Shown here in pieces: positions 10,414 through 20,159 of a DNA stretch of 64,000 nt; position 1 is the first letter of the stretch; every line of letters begins with the position of its first letter. The translations under genes were made by a program, and so were the position numbers. The notes beneath the pieces are model-generated. The model made no database searches, was not told the origin of the DNA, and saw only the letters and a list, made by a program, of their open reading frames with translations. The stretch spans positions 64,001 to 128,000 of the forward strand of contig CAZFGR010000001.1 in NCBI GenBank assembly GCA_964518475.1, given 5' to 3'. The DNA is from an uncultured Nitrososphaerota archaeon. GTDB taxonomy: Archaea > Asgardarchaeota > Njordarchaeia > Njordarchaeales > Njordarchaeaceae.

Positions 10414-10578
10414 GTTTTTAAAAAAATATACAAGCGATATAGTTATTATTACCGTTTTTATAGTCCATATAATACTGGTTTGCTATTGAATATACCTATG
10501 TATACTCATGGAAGTTTTATATATACAGAAAAACTGACTAGTTGTAGTAGACTATAAACCTTCTCAACAGGGTTTAAA

Positions 10579-11646
10579 ATGTCCATGAGAACTCTCTTAA
10601 AACTGGGAAAATCAAGCTTGGTAGTTGTTTTGCCAAAAGACTGGCTTAATGAAATGGGACTCAAAAACGGGGATAAAGTACTAGTAAAACAGGAAGACGA
10701 TGGAAGCCTAAAAATAATCCCTGCGAATATTTCTATTAGCGGTTCATCAAATAGCACACGATTGGTTGTTAACGTTGATAAATGCAAGGATATAGGTCTC
10801 GTAACTAGACTCTTAATTGCTAATTATTTAATAGGGAACGATTCTATAATCATACACGCACGACGCGGAGGCATACCTCCAAACGTTTTAAAGGAAGTAA
10901 GAGATATCATCTCTAAGCTCCGCGGTTTCGAAATAATAGAGCAAAAACCCAATAGGCTTCTCTTACAATGCGTTACGGATGCAACGAGCTTTTCTATAGA
11001 TAACCTAATTGGACGAATGCTTTCCCTACTTCTATCAATGATTGATTATTTGAGACGAGGTCTTTCTGAGCAGAAAAGAGATTATTTCCAAGAAGCCATA
11101 TTCATAGAGGAAGAAATCGACAGAATATATTGGTTCGGTGTCCGTCAATTAATAATGGTTCAGAAAAATAGAGCACTAGCCAAACTCGTTGGTCTAGAAT
11201 CCACGCTACACATAGTAGGTAATAGAGCAATACTGAAATCGCTTGAATTGGCTGGAGATTACGTAGAAGAGATGGCCAGAGACCTTTCTAAACTTGATCT
11301 AGAGAAATTATCCCATCTCTCAGGAATAATAGGTAAAATATGCGACTTGATAAATGTAATAGAAGACATTATAAGCGATGCCGTCCGTACATATAATGGC
11401 CTCGATATATTCCTTGCAAACGCTGTACTAGAAAAGATTAGGGAGATCACTGAAACAGCTCACTCACTAAGCGAGGAAATCATGAATAGGTGCAGAGATG
11501 TAAAGACAGGCGTTATTCTGGTCAAGCTACTCACTAGATTATCTGACATGGCTAAAAGCATAGGCACTGTATGTGAAATTATTCTAAATAGAGCAATGGA
11601 AAACCCAAGCAAGGGTCTACAAAACTGCATCTACAGAGAACTATGA
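10579..11646 (+). CDS. AbrB/MazE-PhoU family regulator
   Basis: KLGKSSLVVVLPKDW N-terminal AbrB domain; EEEIDRIY and LELAGDY PhoU motifs. Confidence 0.9.
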   Translation: MSMRTLLKLGKSSLVVVLPKDWLNEMGLKNGDKVLVKQEDDGSLKIIPANISISGSSNSTRLVVNVDKCKDIGLVTRLLIANYLIGNDSIIIHARRGGIPPNVLKEVRDIISKLRGFEIIEQKPNRLLLQCVTDATSFSIDNLIGRMLSLLLSMIDYLRRGLSEQKRDYFQEAIFIEEEIDRIYWFGVRQLIMVQKNRALAKLVGLESTLHIVGNRAILKSLELAGDYVEEMARDLSKLDLEKLSHLSGIIGKICDLINVIEDIISDAVRTYNGLDIFLANAVLEKIREITETAHSLSEEIMNRCRDVKTGVILVKLLTRLSDMAKSIGTVCEIILNRAMENPSKGLQNCIYREL

Positions 11647-11834
11647 AACTATCTTTCCTTTCCTCATATCATAGCATTTCCTAAGCGACGACAGTCGAGG
11701 CCAAAAGTAATTTTATAAACCTTGCCATACATATCTGACTATACAGGATATATACATTATTAAAAAAATAATACAACGTGCAGAAGTTAAATATAGCAAC
11801 TTATCTCTGAGCTCTCCAATAGAGGTCTAAAAAA

Positions 11835-12875
11835 ATGCTAAGAAGAAAACTTGTCAAGCTTGGAAAATCCAGTCTCGTAGTCTCACTACCAAAAGAATGG
11901 ATAAATAACCTGAATCTTAACGCTGGAGATGAAGTCTCGATAACTTATTCTGAAGACGGATCCTTGATTATAACGCCAGCAAAATTCGCCATGCGTAAGA
12001 GGATATTGCCTCTTCTAATCGATATTACTAATTGTGATGAACCGCACCTAATTGAACGATTGATCATAGCAGCTTACGTTGTTGGAAAAGATCCTATTAT
12101 TATTAAATCCGAGAGAGGGCTTTCTTCATCTCAGTTACGAGAAATAAGAACAGTGATCAATAATATTAGGGGCTTAGAAATCGTGAAAGAAGACGAGAAA
12201 AACATTGTTCTCAGATCCTTCCTAGATCCTACGAAGTATCCTCTGACGGGACTCATCAAAAGGATAATTAACCTAGTTCAAGCAATGCTTGAGTTCTTAA
12301 TCGAAGCTTTGAGGAGAAAAAATAAGAGCTATTTAGAAGAGCTTTTATATATTGAAGAAGAAGTTGATAGACTTTACTTCTCTACCCTGAGACAGATATT
12401 CTTAGCCGCTAAAATCAGAGAAATAGCCGAATCTATTGGAATAAAACGAAATATAGAGATTATGAGCTTGAAAACAATTATCAAAGTTTTCGAGCTTCTT
12501 GCTGATGATTTAGCAAAAATAGCACGTTCAGCATTAAATCTAATAGAGAGCGGGGAGAATATTCTAGAAACTAATATGCATGAATTCATTAACTTTCTAG
12601 CAGATATCTCATCCCTATTCAACTTCGTTTCTAAAATGATTCTCTACAACAACGCTAGCTTAACCAATGAACTCCTCAACAAACTAGAAGATTTGCTGAA
12701 AGAGTATAGTGCACTGGATACACTATTCGCTACAAAAATAAAAAACGAAAAAGTTCTGAAATGGCTTAAGGAAGCTCTCTGGGGATTAATGATATTTACC
12801 GATATGTTAAGAATAATCGCAGAGATCTCGATTAACATTATAATTGATCGTGCTGAAAATAAATTTGAGTGTTAG
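11835..12875 (+). CDS. AbrB/MazE-PhoU family regulator (tandem paralog)
   Basis: RKLVKLGKSSLVVSLPKEW, EEEVDRLY and FELLADD motifs. Confidence 0.9.
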   Translation: MLRRKLVKLGKSSLVVSLPKEWINNLNLNAGDEVSITYSEDGSLIITPAKFAMRKRILPLLIDITNCDEPHLIERLIIAAYVVGKDPIIIKSERGLSSSQLREIRTVINNIRGLEIVKEDEKNIVLRSFLDPTKYPLTGLIKRIINLVQAMLEFLIEALRRKNKSYLEELLYIEEEVDRLYFSTLRQIFLAAKIREIAESIGIKRNIEIMSLKTIIKVFELLADDLAKIARSALNLIESGENILETNMHEFINFLADISSLFNFVSKMILYNNASLTNELLNKLEDLLKEYSALDTLFATKIKNEKVLKWLKEALWGLMIFTDMLRIIAEISINIIIDRAENKFEC

Positions 12876-12931
12876 TTAATTACCCTAAGTTCCAAAGTAC
12901 AAGTAATTCACTTAGACTGGGGACTCAAACG

Positions 12932-13714
12932 ATGCCCATAATTCTCCACACAATATTCATTCAACGATCTGATGGTTCGCCTGTAGTAGTATGCGGGAAA
13001 ACGACCAGAGACCCAACAATGCTCGCTGCCTTAGTAACAGCACTTAAGGAACTTAGCGAAGAACTGTCTCTTAACAATGCGCGACAAGCTAATAGGGCTA
13101 ATATCACATTCCATAACTTCGGGGACTACTTTCTCGCCATGATTAACAGAGGAGACTTGATAGCTGCGATAGTAACGGACACAACAGAGATCCAAGTGAT
13201 CGGAGAGATAATCTCCCTACTCTCGAGACTTTTTAGAGAATTCGAAGATAGTATATGGGACAGACTTGATGAGAAAAAACGAGAAATTGGACTTGTACCA
13301 AATGAGTATTACCGAGAGTATATTCAGGGGATCCTTGATCTCATAACCCGGGATACGAATTGGCGAGGAAAAGTCTTTATATCCCCCTTCTTCATAGCAA
13401 GCGATGCTGGCTTAATAGCCATAGATCATCTACTACTAGAATTAATCCAACGCTTAAATAAGGTACTTGGTCCAAAACTAGCCTTCAAATTCCTGAAAAA
13501 TTTATCAATAAAGCTAGGAATTACCGATCTATTGCTAATTAAGTATGGGAAGGAGAAGAAAAATATTGAACACACTATTTCTATTCAGGAATATTCAGAA
13601 GAAGTTGAAGAACTTCTCCAAAAGTTAGCAACCTACTACCTAAAAATCATAAAACAGATACAAAAAGCACTCCACATAAGAGGTTTAGAATTTTTAGCTG
13701 TAATCCAGTTATAG
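12932..13714 (+). CDS. Longin/roadblock-like domain protein
   Basis: beta-beta-alpha-beta-beta-beta-alpha pattern (LHTIFIQRSDGSPV...DPTMLAALVTALKELSEEL...LIAAIVTD); probable start ATG 12932. Confidence 0.6.
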   Translation: MPIILHTIFIQRSDGSPVVVCGKTTRDPTMLAALVTALKELSEELSLNNARQANRANITFHNFGDYFLAMINRGDLIAAIVTDTTEIQVIGEIISLLSRLFREFEDSIWDRLDEKKREIGLVPNEYYREYIQGILDLITRDTNWRGKVFISPFFIASDAGLIAIDHLLLELIQRLNKVLGPKLAFKFLKNLSIKLGITDLLLIKYGKEKKNIEHTISIQEYSEEVEELLQKLATYYLKIIKQIQKALHIRGLEFLAVIQL

Positions 13715-13718
13715 AAGG

Positions 13719-14093
13719 GTGCTTATTATGGAAGAAACTCAGGCAATCCGCGATTTCTTACTAATCATCAAGCAGATCCTCGAGTTTATTGGTCGTTACC
13801 CATTAATATTTACCTTTATTACCCTAGCTCTCGTATTGGTTCTCATTGTTGTTATAGTTGCCAGTGCTTTTAAGATCGGTATAAGAGGCGGAGCCCTACC
13901 ACGAATTCTAGCATATTCAATAATATTCTTTATTTTAGAAACGCTGATTGTGTTAGTCTTTACATTTAGTAAGAACATTGAAACACAGTACTTGCTGAGA
14001 GGCGGATTGCAGGCGATGACGATCTTGTCTTTTACGTTCATGCTTGCAATTCTACTGGAGCTATGGAAAGTCTATAAAATATTAACGCGGTAA
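13719..14093 (+). CDS. Hypothetical membrane protein (3 TM)
   Basis: Three hydrophobic helices; operonic spacing. Confidence 0.75.
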   Translation: MLIMEETQAIRDFLLIIKQILEFIGRYPLIFTFITLALVLVLIVVIVASAFKIGIRGGALPRILAYSIIFFILETLIVLVFTFSKNIETQYLLRGGLQAMTILSFTFMLAILLELWKVYKILTR

Positions 14094-14094
14094 G

Positions 14095-14664
14095 GTGTTA
14101 GCGATAGTTGTTGTATTTGATTTAGAAGGAGTTCTGATCGATAATCACAAGAGACTAAGGCACGCTCTCAGAAAACTAAGCGTTAACTCGATTAATGATA
14201 TTCCGATGAGTAAGAAGACCTTATTCTGGAAAATATATTTCGATCCAAACCTAGCAGAGAGACTTGATAGCGTGAATTTGGACGCATTAAAAATCTTGCT
14301 TAAGAAAAAGGCGGAGGGATATAAAATAGCCATTATATCGGGTGCACCAAAAGAAATAGTTAACATAGGTTTAAGAAAACTTCGAGAAATAGCTGAAAAA
14401 GAAAACCATAAACTTGGGATAGACTACGTTTTCTGGCGTCCTCCGGGGGATAAACGAAAAGCGAGTGCATTTAAGCTTGATGTTGCAAAGCGCTTGAAAA
14501 CTTTATTTCGAGAAGAAATTGTTGAAATTCATGACGATGATTATAACGTTATCGAAAGCTTTAGAAAAATTGGTGTTAAGACTTATTATTGGAGGAACTT
14601 AAAACTGGTTAATGATGAATCCCTCGTGGACCGAAAAGAGCATGAAGACCGCGACCTACGCTGA
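14095..14664 (+). CDS. HAD-superfamily hydrolase
   Basis: VVFDLEGVL (motif I), IISG, K and HDDD (motif IV). Confidence 0.8.
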   Translation: MLAIVVVFDLEGVLIDNHKRLRHALRKLSVNSINDIPMSKKTLFWKIYFDPNLAERLDSVNLDALKILLKKKAEGYKIAIISGAPKEIVNIGLRKLREIAEKENHKLGIDYVFWRPPGDKRKASAFKLDVAKRLKTLFREEIVEIHDDDYNVIESFRKIGVKTYYWRNLKLVNDESLVDRKEHEDRDLR

Positions 14665-14665
14665 C

Positions 14666-15226
14666 TTATCTTCTCCACCTCTTACTTACTTCTTCAGCCC
14701 TAACAATAGATATTGCAGCAATGTCTCCAAGAATATTTATTATCACCACGTATTCTGGATTCTCCAAATCTACTGGATAAAAAATAGGTTCAGCAACCTT
14801 CTTAATAAACTCCATTCTGTTAATCCTGTACCCTCGCGTCTTCAACGTTATTCTCCACTTACCCCGTATCCTATGTTTCAGCTTCTCAAGAGCCTTCTTG
14901 ACGCATTCTGCGTCCGTAGGTACTATCGCGTCTAGAATAAGTATTCGTCTAATATATCTAATCCGTCCCTGCTTCTGTCTTTCTTGAAAAAGCTCAATAA
15001 ACTTTCTTCTTAGTTCCTCCTTCGTTTCCTCATCTAATTGTTTAATGATTTTACGCAGATCCAGTAATATAAGTCCTTTAAAACCCCCCGGCCTCAACTG
15101 AGCCTCAACATTTTTTAAAAATGGATACTCCCGCGCAAGTTCATATATTATGTTCTGTAACTCCATCTTCGCCTCAAAACTCCGCTCACGAGGCACTAAT
15201 TCGTAGCTAGCGAGTATACCCTCCAA
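14666..15226 (-). CDS. THUMP-domain RNA-binding protein (Tan1-like)
   Basis: GFKGLILL...WRITLKTRG...VDLENPEYVVIINILGD. Confidence 0.85.
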   Translation of the reverse strand: MEGILASYELVPRERSFEAKMELQNIIYELAREYPFLKNVEAQLRPGGFKGLILLDLRKIIKQLDEETKEELRRKFIELFQERQKQGRIRYIRRILILDAIVPTDAECVKKALEKLKHRIRGKWRITLKTRGYRINRMEFIKKVAEPIFYPVDLENPEYVVIINILGDIAAISIVRAEEVSKRWRR

Positions 15227-15235
15227 TTCTATCCC

Positions 15236-16006
15236 TCAACCCCGAAGCCCGAGATAGTCCAAGAAATCTAGAGCATTTTGAACCATTCTCACATTATTGA
15301 ACATGAAATACACTTTTTCAACTCCCTTGTCTTGCAAAAGTCTTATTAGTTTTCTGAGCTCCTCGAAATCCTCTCTTGAATATTCATACCTATAGTTTAG
15401 ATATGGTTTTCCATGAAGTCTAAAATAAACTATATCCTTCACAACCACCTGTTCGTGGAAAAATGGATCAACAATATGGATTAGCGAAGGATTCTCCTCA
15501 AAAATTTCTTGAAGAACCCCTTTGTTCTCTTCTTTTAACCAGTCCCCCCTTGGCTCCCATCCTATAAACGAGTTCACTCCTTCGCTTCCTAATAATTGTG
15601 AGAAATAGCTGAAAAATTCTCGAGCAGCGTCTATATTATCTTTTGTAGGTTTAAAACTAGCAGGAGTTTGAACGACTATCACGGGTGATTTAAGTATCTT
15701 CGCGAATTCAGCCATTATTTGCATCCATTCTCGCGTCAAAGCATTTACCTGTAGATTCCCGACTAATTTTTTCTGATCATCTGTTAGTTTCCCTCTAAAA
15801 CGCCTCCAAGTGGGACTTTTCGCACCATGAGTTAATCCTTGAAATACCTTGAAGCAGAATTCAAAATCTTGAGGAGCTTCTTTACGCCATTTTTCAACTG
15901 TCCTCTTCTGGGGAATATTATAAAATGTTTGCTGAACCTCTACAACGTTGAAAAGGTTATACATCTTCTTGGTAAAGGAACATACACCGACCCTTACAAG
16001 CACCAT
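15236..16006 (-). CDS. DUF72 family protein
   Basis: VEVQQTFY, F.FCFKVFQGLTH, QTPASF, WEPRG, YFRLHG and MFNN motifs. Confidence 0.93.
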   Translation of the reverse strand: MVLVRVGVCSFTKKMYNLFNVVEVQQTFYNIPQKRTVEKWRKEAPQDFEFCFKVFQGLTHGAKSPTWRRFRGKLTDDQKKLVGNLQVNALTREWMQIMAEFAKILKSPVIVVQTPASFKPTKDNIDAAREFFSYFSQLLGSEGVNSFIGWEPRGDWLKEENKGVLQEIFEENPSLIHIVDPFFHEQVVVKDIVYFRLHGKPYLNYRYEYSREDFEELRKLIRLLQDKGVEKVYFMFNNVRMVQNALDFLDYLGLRG

Positions 16007-16085
16007 AAATAATCACGCCTCGAAAACATAGTTTATCAGTTAGGATAAATAAGCTATACCATGTATTTAATAGTAGGAATAGAGG

Positions 16086-16688
16086 GTGCATCCGAAGATG
16101 CCACGAAACAGCAAGATGATCTCCTTGAGCAAGTTTCTATCCCTTCTCCTTAGACATAGACCGGATCTCCTTGACTTAAAAATGCGGAAAGATGGTTTTG
16201 TACGTGTTGAGGAACTACTAAGAAAAGTAAGGAAACGGCCAGGATTCGGTTGGGTGACTGAAGAGGACATAAAATTCCTTGTGAAGAATGACCCAAAACA
16301 ACGCTTTGAACTGAAATACGAGAACGGAGAATTATTTATTCGAGCAAGATACGGCCATAGTAAAGCTCTAAAGATAAATGTGCGATATAATCCTGTGAAA
16401 CTAGGAAAAATAAAATATCTCTATCATGGTACTAGAGCAGACGTACTGCCTTGGATTTTGAGAGAAGGATTAAAACCCATGGCTAGAAAATACGTACACC
16501 TCTCTCCCACACCCGCCGATGCCATGGAAGTAGCTAAGAGGAGAAAAGGTAAACCAGTTATCCTACAGATTGATGTGGAGGAATTCCTTAAAGATGGAGG
16601 AAAAATATGGAAAGCTACAGAAAAAGTCTATCTAGCTAAGGAAATCCCCCCAAAATATATCAAGATATACAAATACGGTTATGACTAA
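16086..16688 (+). CDS. kptA: RNA 2'-phosphotransferase (Tpt1/KptA)
   Basis: LSLLLRH, KQRF, IRARYGHS, LYHGT and RKYVHLS motifs. Confidence 0.95.
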   Translation: MHPKMPRNSKMISLSKFLSLLLRHRPDLLDLKMRKDGFVRVEELLRKVRKRPGFGWVTEEDIKFLVKNDPKQRFELKYENGELFIRARYGHSKALKINVRYNPVKLGKIKYLYHGTRADVLPWILREGLKPMARKYVHLSPTPADAMEVAKRRKGKPVILQIDVEEFLKDGGKIWKATEKVYLAKEIPPKYIKIYKYGYD

Positions 16689-16707
16689 TCACCAGATAGA
16701 ATAGTGA

Positions 16708-17397
16708 TTATTTTCGCCACAAAATATCGTATGATCCATCAGCCTTCCCCACAATTACTTCAGCTTCGCGCGAAAAAATCCCGTTCTCGATAACCCCTGG
16801 AATAGCATTTAATTCCTTTTCTAATCCTGCATTCACTAATTCTAATGGGATATCTATGTCCAGAAGTATATTCCCATTATCACTTATGCAAGGACCTACT
16901 TTACACTTACTTTCTCTAACCCTGACCTTGAATCCTCGCTCTTTCAGTTCTCTGACAACATAGCCTATAGCAAAAACGTGTACTTCAACTGGTATTGGAA
17001 AAGAGCGATCAATCTTTGTATCATCCACAATTATTACCAATCGCTTTGCTGCGTAGTTTATTATCTTCTCCCTAAAAAGCGCCCCACCACCGCCTTTTAC
17101 CAGTACTTTATTCTCCAATAGAACAGAGTCTGCTCCATCAATAGTGATATCTAATTGATCATACTCCACCAATGAAGCTATTCTCACATTATTTTTCGCC
17201 AATAGAAAATGTGTTTCGTAAGATGATGGAACAGCAACTATGTCCTTAAGATTTTCCTCCCTTATTTTTTGCCCTAACAATTCTATGAAATGTCTGACCG
17301 TGCTACCGCTTCCGACTCCTATAACCATACCATCTTCAATAAAATCGCAGGCAACCTTAGCAGCTATCCTTTTTCTCTCTTCAATCCCTACAAACAT
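16708..17397 (-). CDS. rpiA: Ribose-5-phosphate isomerase A
   Basis: GVGSGST, DGAD, KGGGGALFREK, SDNGN and GVIENGIF motifs. Confidence 0.96.
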   Translation of the reverse strand: MFVGIEERKRIAAKVACDFIEDGMVIGVGSGSTVRHFIELLGQKIREENLKDIVAVPSSYETHFLLAKNNVRIASLVEYDQLDITIDGADSVLLENKVLVKGGGGALFREKIINYAAKRLVIIVDDTKIDRSFPIPVEVHVFAIGYVVRELKERGFKVRVRESKCKVGPCISDNGNILLDIDIPLELVNAGLEKELNAIPGVIENGIFSREAEVIVGKADGSYDILWRK

Positions 17398-17472
17398 TAC
17401 TGATCACCAAAAATTTTACAACAATTATCATTTGGTTTATAATTCACTGTTGATAAGGAAGAGGGTAATAAA

Positions 17473-18180
17473 ATGTCGGACAAGGATCATGAGAGACGAA
17501 TGTTTGCCTCTATAGATTACAAGGGGAACTGGAATATAGGCGCATATGGTCTGGCCACTGATAAATTCGCTATCTTTGGAGAGGGATTTCGACCACAGAT
17601 TCTTAGACAAGCGAAAGAAGTTTTGAATGTGCCCCTTTATATCTTTAACGTGATGGATGAGCCGATTGTTGGGATCTTATTAGCAGCTAACTCACACGGC
17701 GTATTAGTACCCTTCCAGCTCAGTGATGAAGAAGTAAGTAAGCTTCGATCAATGCTTGATGTTCCAGTCGAAAAACTCTCCCTAAAAACATATGAAAACG
17801 CTTTAAGTAACTTGATACTTGTAAATGATAAAGCCGCGCTCATCCATGATGACATTCTCAGAAAAAACAAACACATCGCTAAAATTGTCGAGGATGTCCT
17901 AGATGTTGAACTTGTTGGTTACAAATTCTCCTTTGTAACGATCGGTTCTGTTGTAGGTGCTAATAATAGAGGTGCCCTAGCTCACCCGCTCATGCAAGAT
18001 GATGAATTAAATTTTATAAAGGAAACCCTAAAGGTACGCGTAGGAAAAGGCACAATTAATCTAGGTTCCCCATATATTGGAAGTGGCATGATCGTGAACT
18101 CCTACGGATTTTTAGTCGGAATCAAAACTACCGGTCTGGAAATACACAGAGCATACGAAATACTACTAAGAGAAGATTAG
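17473..18180 (+). CDS. eif6: Translation initiation / ribosome anti-association factor aIF6
   Basis: NIGAY, ANSHG, NLILVND, ANNRGALAHP, GTINLGSPYIGSG and TTGLEI repeats. Confidence 0.95.
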   Translation: MSDKDHERRMFASIDYKGNWNIGAYGLATDKFAIFGEGFRPQILRQAKEVLNVPLYIFNVMDEPIVGILLAANSHGVLVPFQLSDEEVSKLRSMLDVPVEKLSLKTYENALSNLILVNDKAALIHDDILRKNKHIAKIVEDVLDVELVGYKFSFVTIGSVVGANNRGALAHPLMQDDELNFIKETLKVRVGKGTINLGSPYIGSGMIVNSYGFLVGIKTTGLEIHRAYEILLRED

Positions 18181-18328
18181 AATACCACATATCCCCCACT
18201 TAATTTACCGCTTTTTATCTCCTAACACTCTACTAAGCGATACTTTTTTACTATTGAGCTATCCCGAAAATTTCTAGATTTCTCTTCGTAAAAGGAATTA
18301 ATGCAAGAAAATAGTAGTATACGAGAGC

Positions 18329-18377
18329 TCAGACGGGCTACAGCTCTTCATAGTTCCGCAACGCCAGGAATCATCAT
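18329..18377 (-). ncRNA. C/D-box guide sRNA
   Basis: Minus strand: C ATGATGA, guide TTCCTGGCGTTG, D' CGGA, C' ATGAAGA, guide GCTGTAGCCCGT, D CTGA; both guides 12 nt; intergenic. Confidence 0.9.
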
Positions 18378-18402
18378 CGCCAAAAACTCCTTCTAAGGAA
18401 TT

Positions 18403-19413
18403 ATGAATTATATTAATGTTATTTCAAAGTCTCTCTACCTAAAGCGGTGGTCAGCATTGCTGGATGAGATCTTAGAGCTTGATTTAAAAATATACAAATT
18501 TCAGCCAAAGAGGCTTCCAGTTATTTCGGGCTATGAAGCTATCAGAATCTTAGAACTAATTAATAATAAGAAGAAAAAAGCCGATAAGGTGGATATTAAT
18601 GTCGCTCTAGGACGATTCCCGGATATTCCCTCAGAGATTTCTGGGGATAATATTACATTTCAGTACCTTGGAAAAAACTACTACTTATCCATATCAGCAC
18701 TTGAGAGATTTAGTAAATGGCCTCACCGGATATTTGCCATAGAAGATGATCAAGAAAAACCCTTAATGAGTTACTCGAATAATCATTTTTACCAACTAAT
18801 CGCTTTAGGGCCTAGAGTATCACCAACAATAGAGATTAATGGTATAAGGATGCATAGAACAGAGGAAATAACACCCTTTTTAGATGCGAAACTAAAGGTA
18901 CTCCCGCTAAAAATATTTAAGGGTGCCAAAATTCTCGACATCTGCACTGGTCTTGGCTACACATCTATTTGGGTTAGTCGTTTAGGGGGAGATGTTCTAA
19001 CGATTGAGAAGGACCGTAACGTTTTAGAGCTAGCTGAGTATAATCCATGGTCCTACGAGCTTGAGAAGATACCGATTATCCTTGAAGATGCTTTAGTCGC
19101 TATTACTAAATTACCAACGAATTATTTTGATAGAATTATTAATGATCCTCCCAGATATTCCTTGGCAGGAGAACTATATTCTAGAGACTTTTTCCAAGAA
19201 ATTTTCAGAGTTTTGAAGCCTGGTGGTATGCTTTTCCAGTACACGGGTAATCCTCAGGAAAAATACCGTGGTAAAAAAATTGTGAAGGGAATTATGGAGA
19301 GACTGAGAAGTGTTGGCTTTCGTGTAAGACAGTATAAGAAGGCTCTAGGATTGCTTTGTATTAAGCCGAGACACACGTTTTCTGATAATTATGAAATCTT
19401 TCGAACCACATGA
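18403..19413 (+). CDS. Predicted archaeal SAM-dependent methyltransferase
   Basis: PTIEINGIRMH, LDICTGLGYT, NPWS and DPPRYSLAGELYS motifs; true start may be further downstream. Confidence 0.88.
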   Translation: MNYINVISKSLYLKRWSALLDEILELDLKIYKFQPKRLPVISGYEAIRILELINNKKKKADKVDINVALGRFPDIPSEISGDNITFQYLGKNYYLSISALERFSKWPHRIFAIEDDQEKPLMSYSNNHFYQLIALGPRVSPTIEINGIRMHRTEEITPFLDAKLKVLPLKIFKGAKILDICTGLGYTSIWVSRLGGDVLTIEKDRNVLELAEYNPWSYELEKIPIILEDALVAITKLPTNYFDRIINDPPRYSLAGELYSRDFFQEIFRVLKPGGMLFQYTGNPQEKYRGKKIVKGIMERLRSVGFRVRQYKKALGLLCIKPRHTFSDNYEIFRTT

Positions 19414-19893
19414 TGGACATTCTAGTAACACGGGATTAAAGACTTCTCCACAAATTTTGCATTTCTTGTACGCTCTAAGAACCACTTTGATTTTTCTATC
19501 AATAACAGACTCAAATTCTATACCGAGGTACGCGCAGAGATTCTGAATCCCGTAATCCTCAGTAAATACTATGACTTCATGACCTCTCCTGATCAAATCA
19601 AGTGCTGTCGCTATCACACTTATATCTGTTCTAGATAAATCATTAGATAGGCCTAACTGATTTGCTATTCTAACAACATCTTCAATAGATTTTTTGGCTG
19701 GTTCTATTACAGAGAAAGCTATTTTACCAGTTTCCAGAAGAAATTTGGTTTCAACATCCTTGATTTCTTTTAATACGATAGATGGGATTATGAATATGCA
19801 TTCTTGAAGTGGTTTACTGCTACGCAATATCCTAAGAATAGATGATGTATCCAGGACGCAGTATTTTCTAGAATCCTTAGGATATTCTCGCAT
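19345..19893 (-). CDS. nob1: Nob1-like PIN endonuclease with Zn ribbon
   Basis: VLDTSS, LSRTDISVIA, TEDYGIQN and CxxC...CPxCGS motifs. Confidence 0.88.
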   Translation of the reverse strand: MREYPKDSRKYCVLDTSSILRILRSSKPLQECIFIIPSIVLKEIKDVETKFLLETGKIAFSVIEPAKKSIEDVVRIANQLGLSNDLSRTDISVIATALDLIRRGHEVIVFTEDYGIQNLCAYLGIEFESVIDRKIKVVLRAYKKCKICGEVFNPVLLECPSCGSKDFIIIRKRVSRLNTKQS

Positions 19894-20125
19894 GAGCTTC
19901 AGCTTCCTTCTCTTTACTTTTAGTTAAGAAAATAGCGAATTCTGGACAGATATACTCACACATTCTGCATCCTAGGCATTTTTCTGGATGGGCGGGTGTG
20001 ACTGGGTGAAAGCCCATTAAATTTATCTTGTCGGGAGAGAGCTCAAGAACTTTTGGTGCACAAACATATATACAAAGACCACACCCCTTACAACGCTCCT
20101 CCAATACATTAATTCGCCACATCAC
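19877..20125 (-). CDS. 2[4Fe-4S] ferredoxin (oxoacid oxidoreductase delta-like)
   Basis: CKGCGLC...C and CLGCRMCEYICPEFAI. Confidence 0.9.
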   Translation of the reverse strand: MMWRINVLEERCKGCGLCIYVCAPKVLELSPDKINLMGFHPVTPAHPEKCLGCRMCEYICPEFAIFLTKSKEKEAEAHARIS

Positions 20126-20159
20126 TGAACACCGGCTAGATCTACATAACCCTTTATCG

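Noticed and set aside
16086-16688. Tpt1/KptA as a dedicated part of the mRNA splicing system
   Set aside because: Archaeal ligation normally uses RtcB, which leaves no 2'-phosphate. KptA is widespread and lies 12 kb away, with no evidence of linkage.
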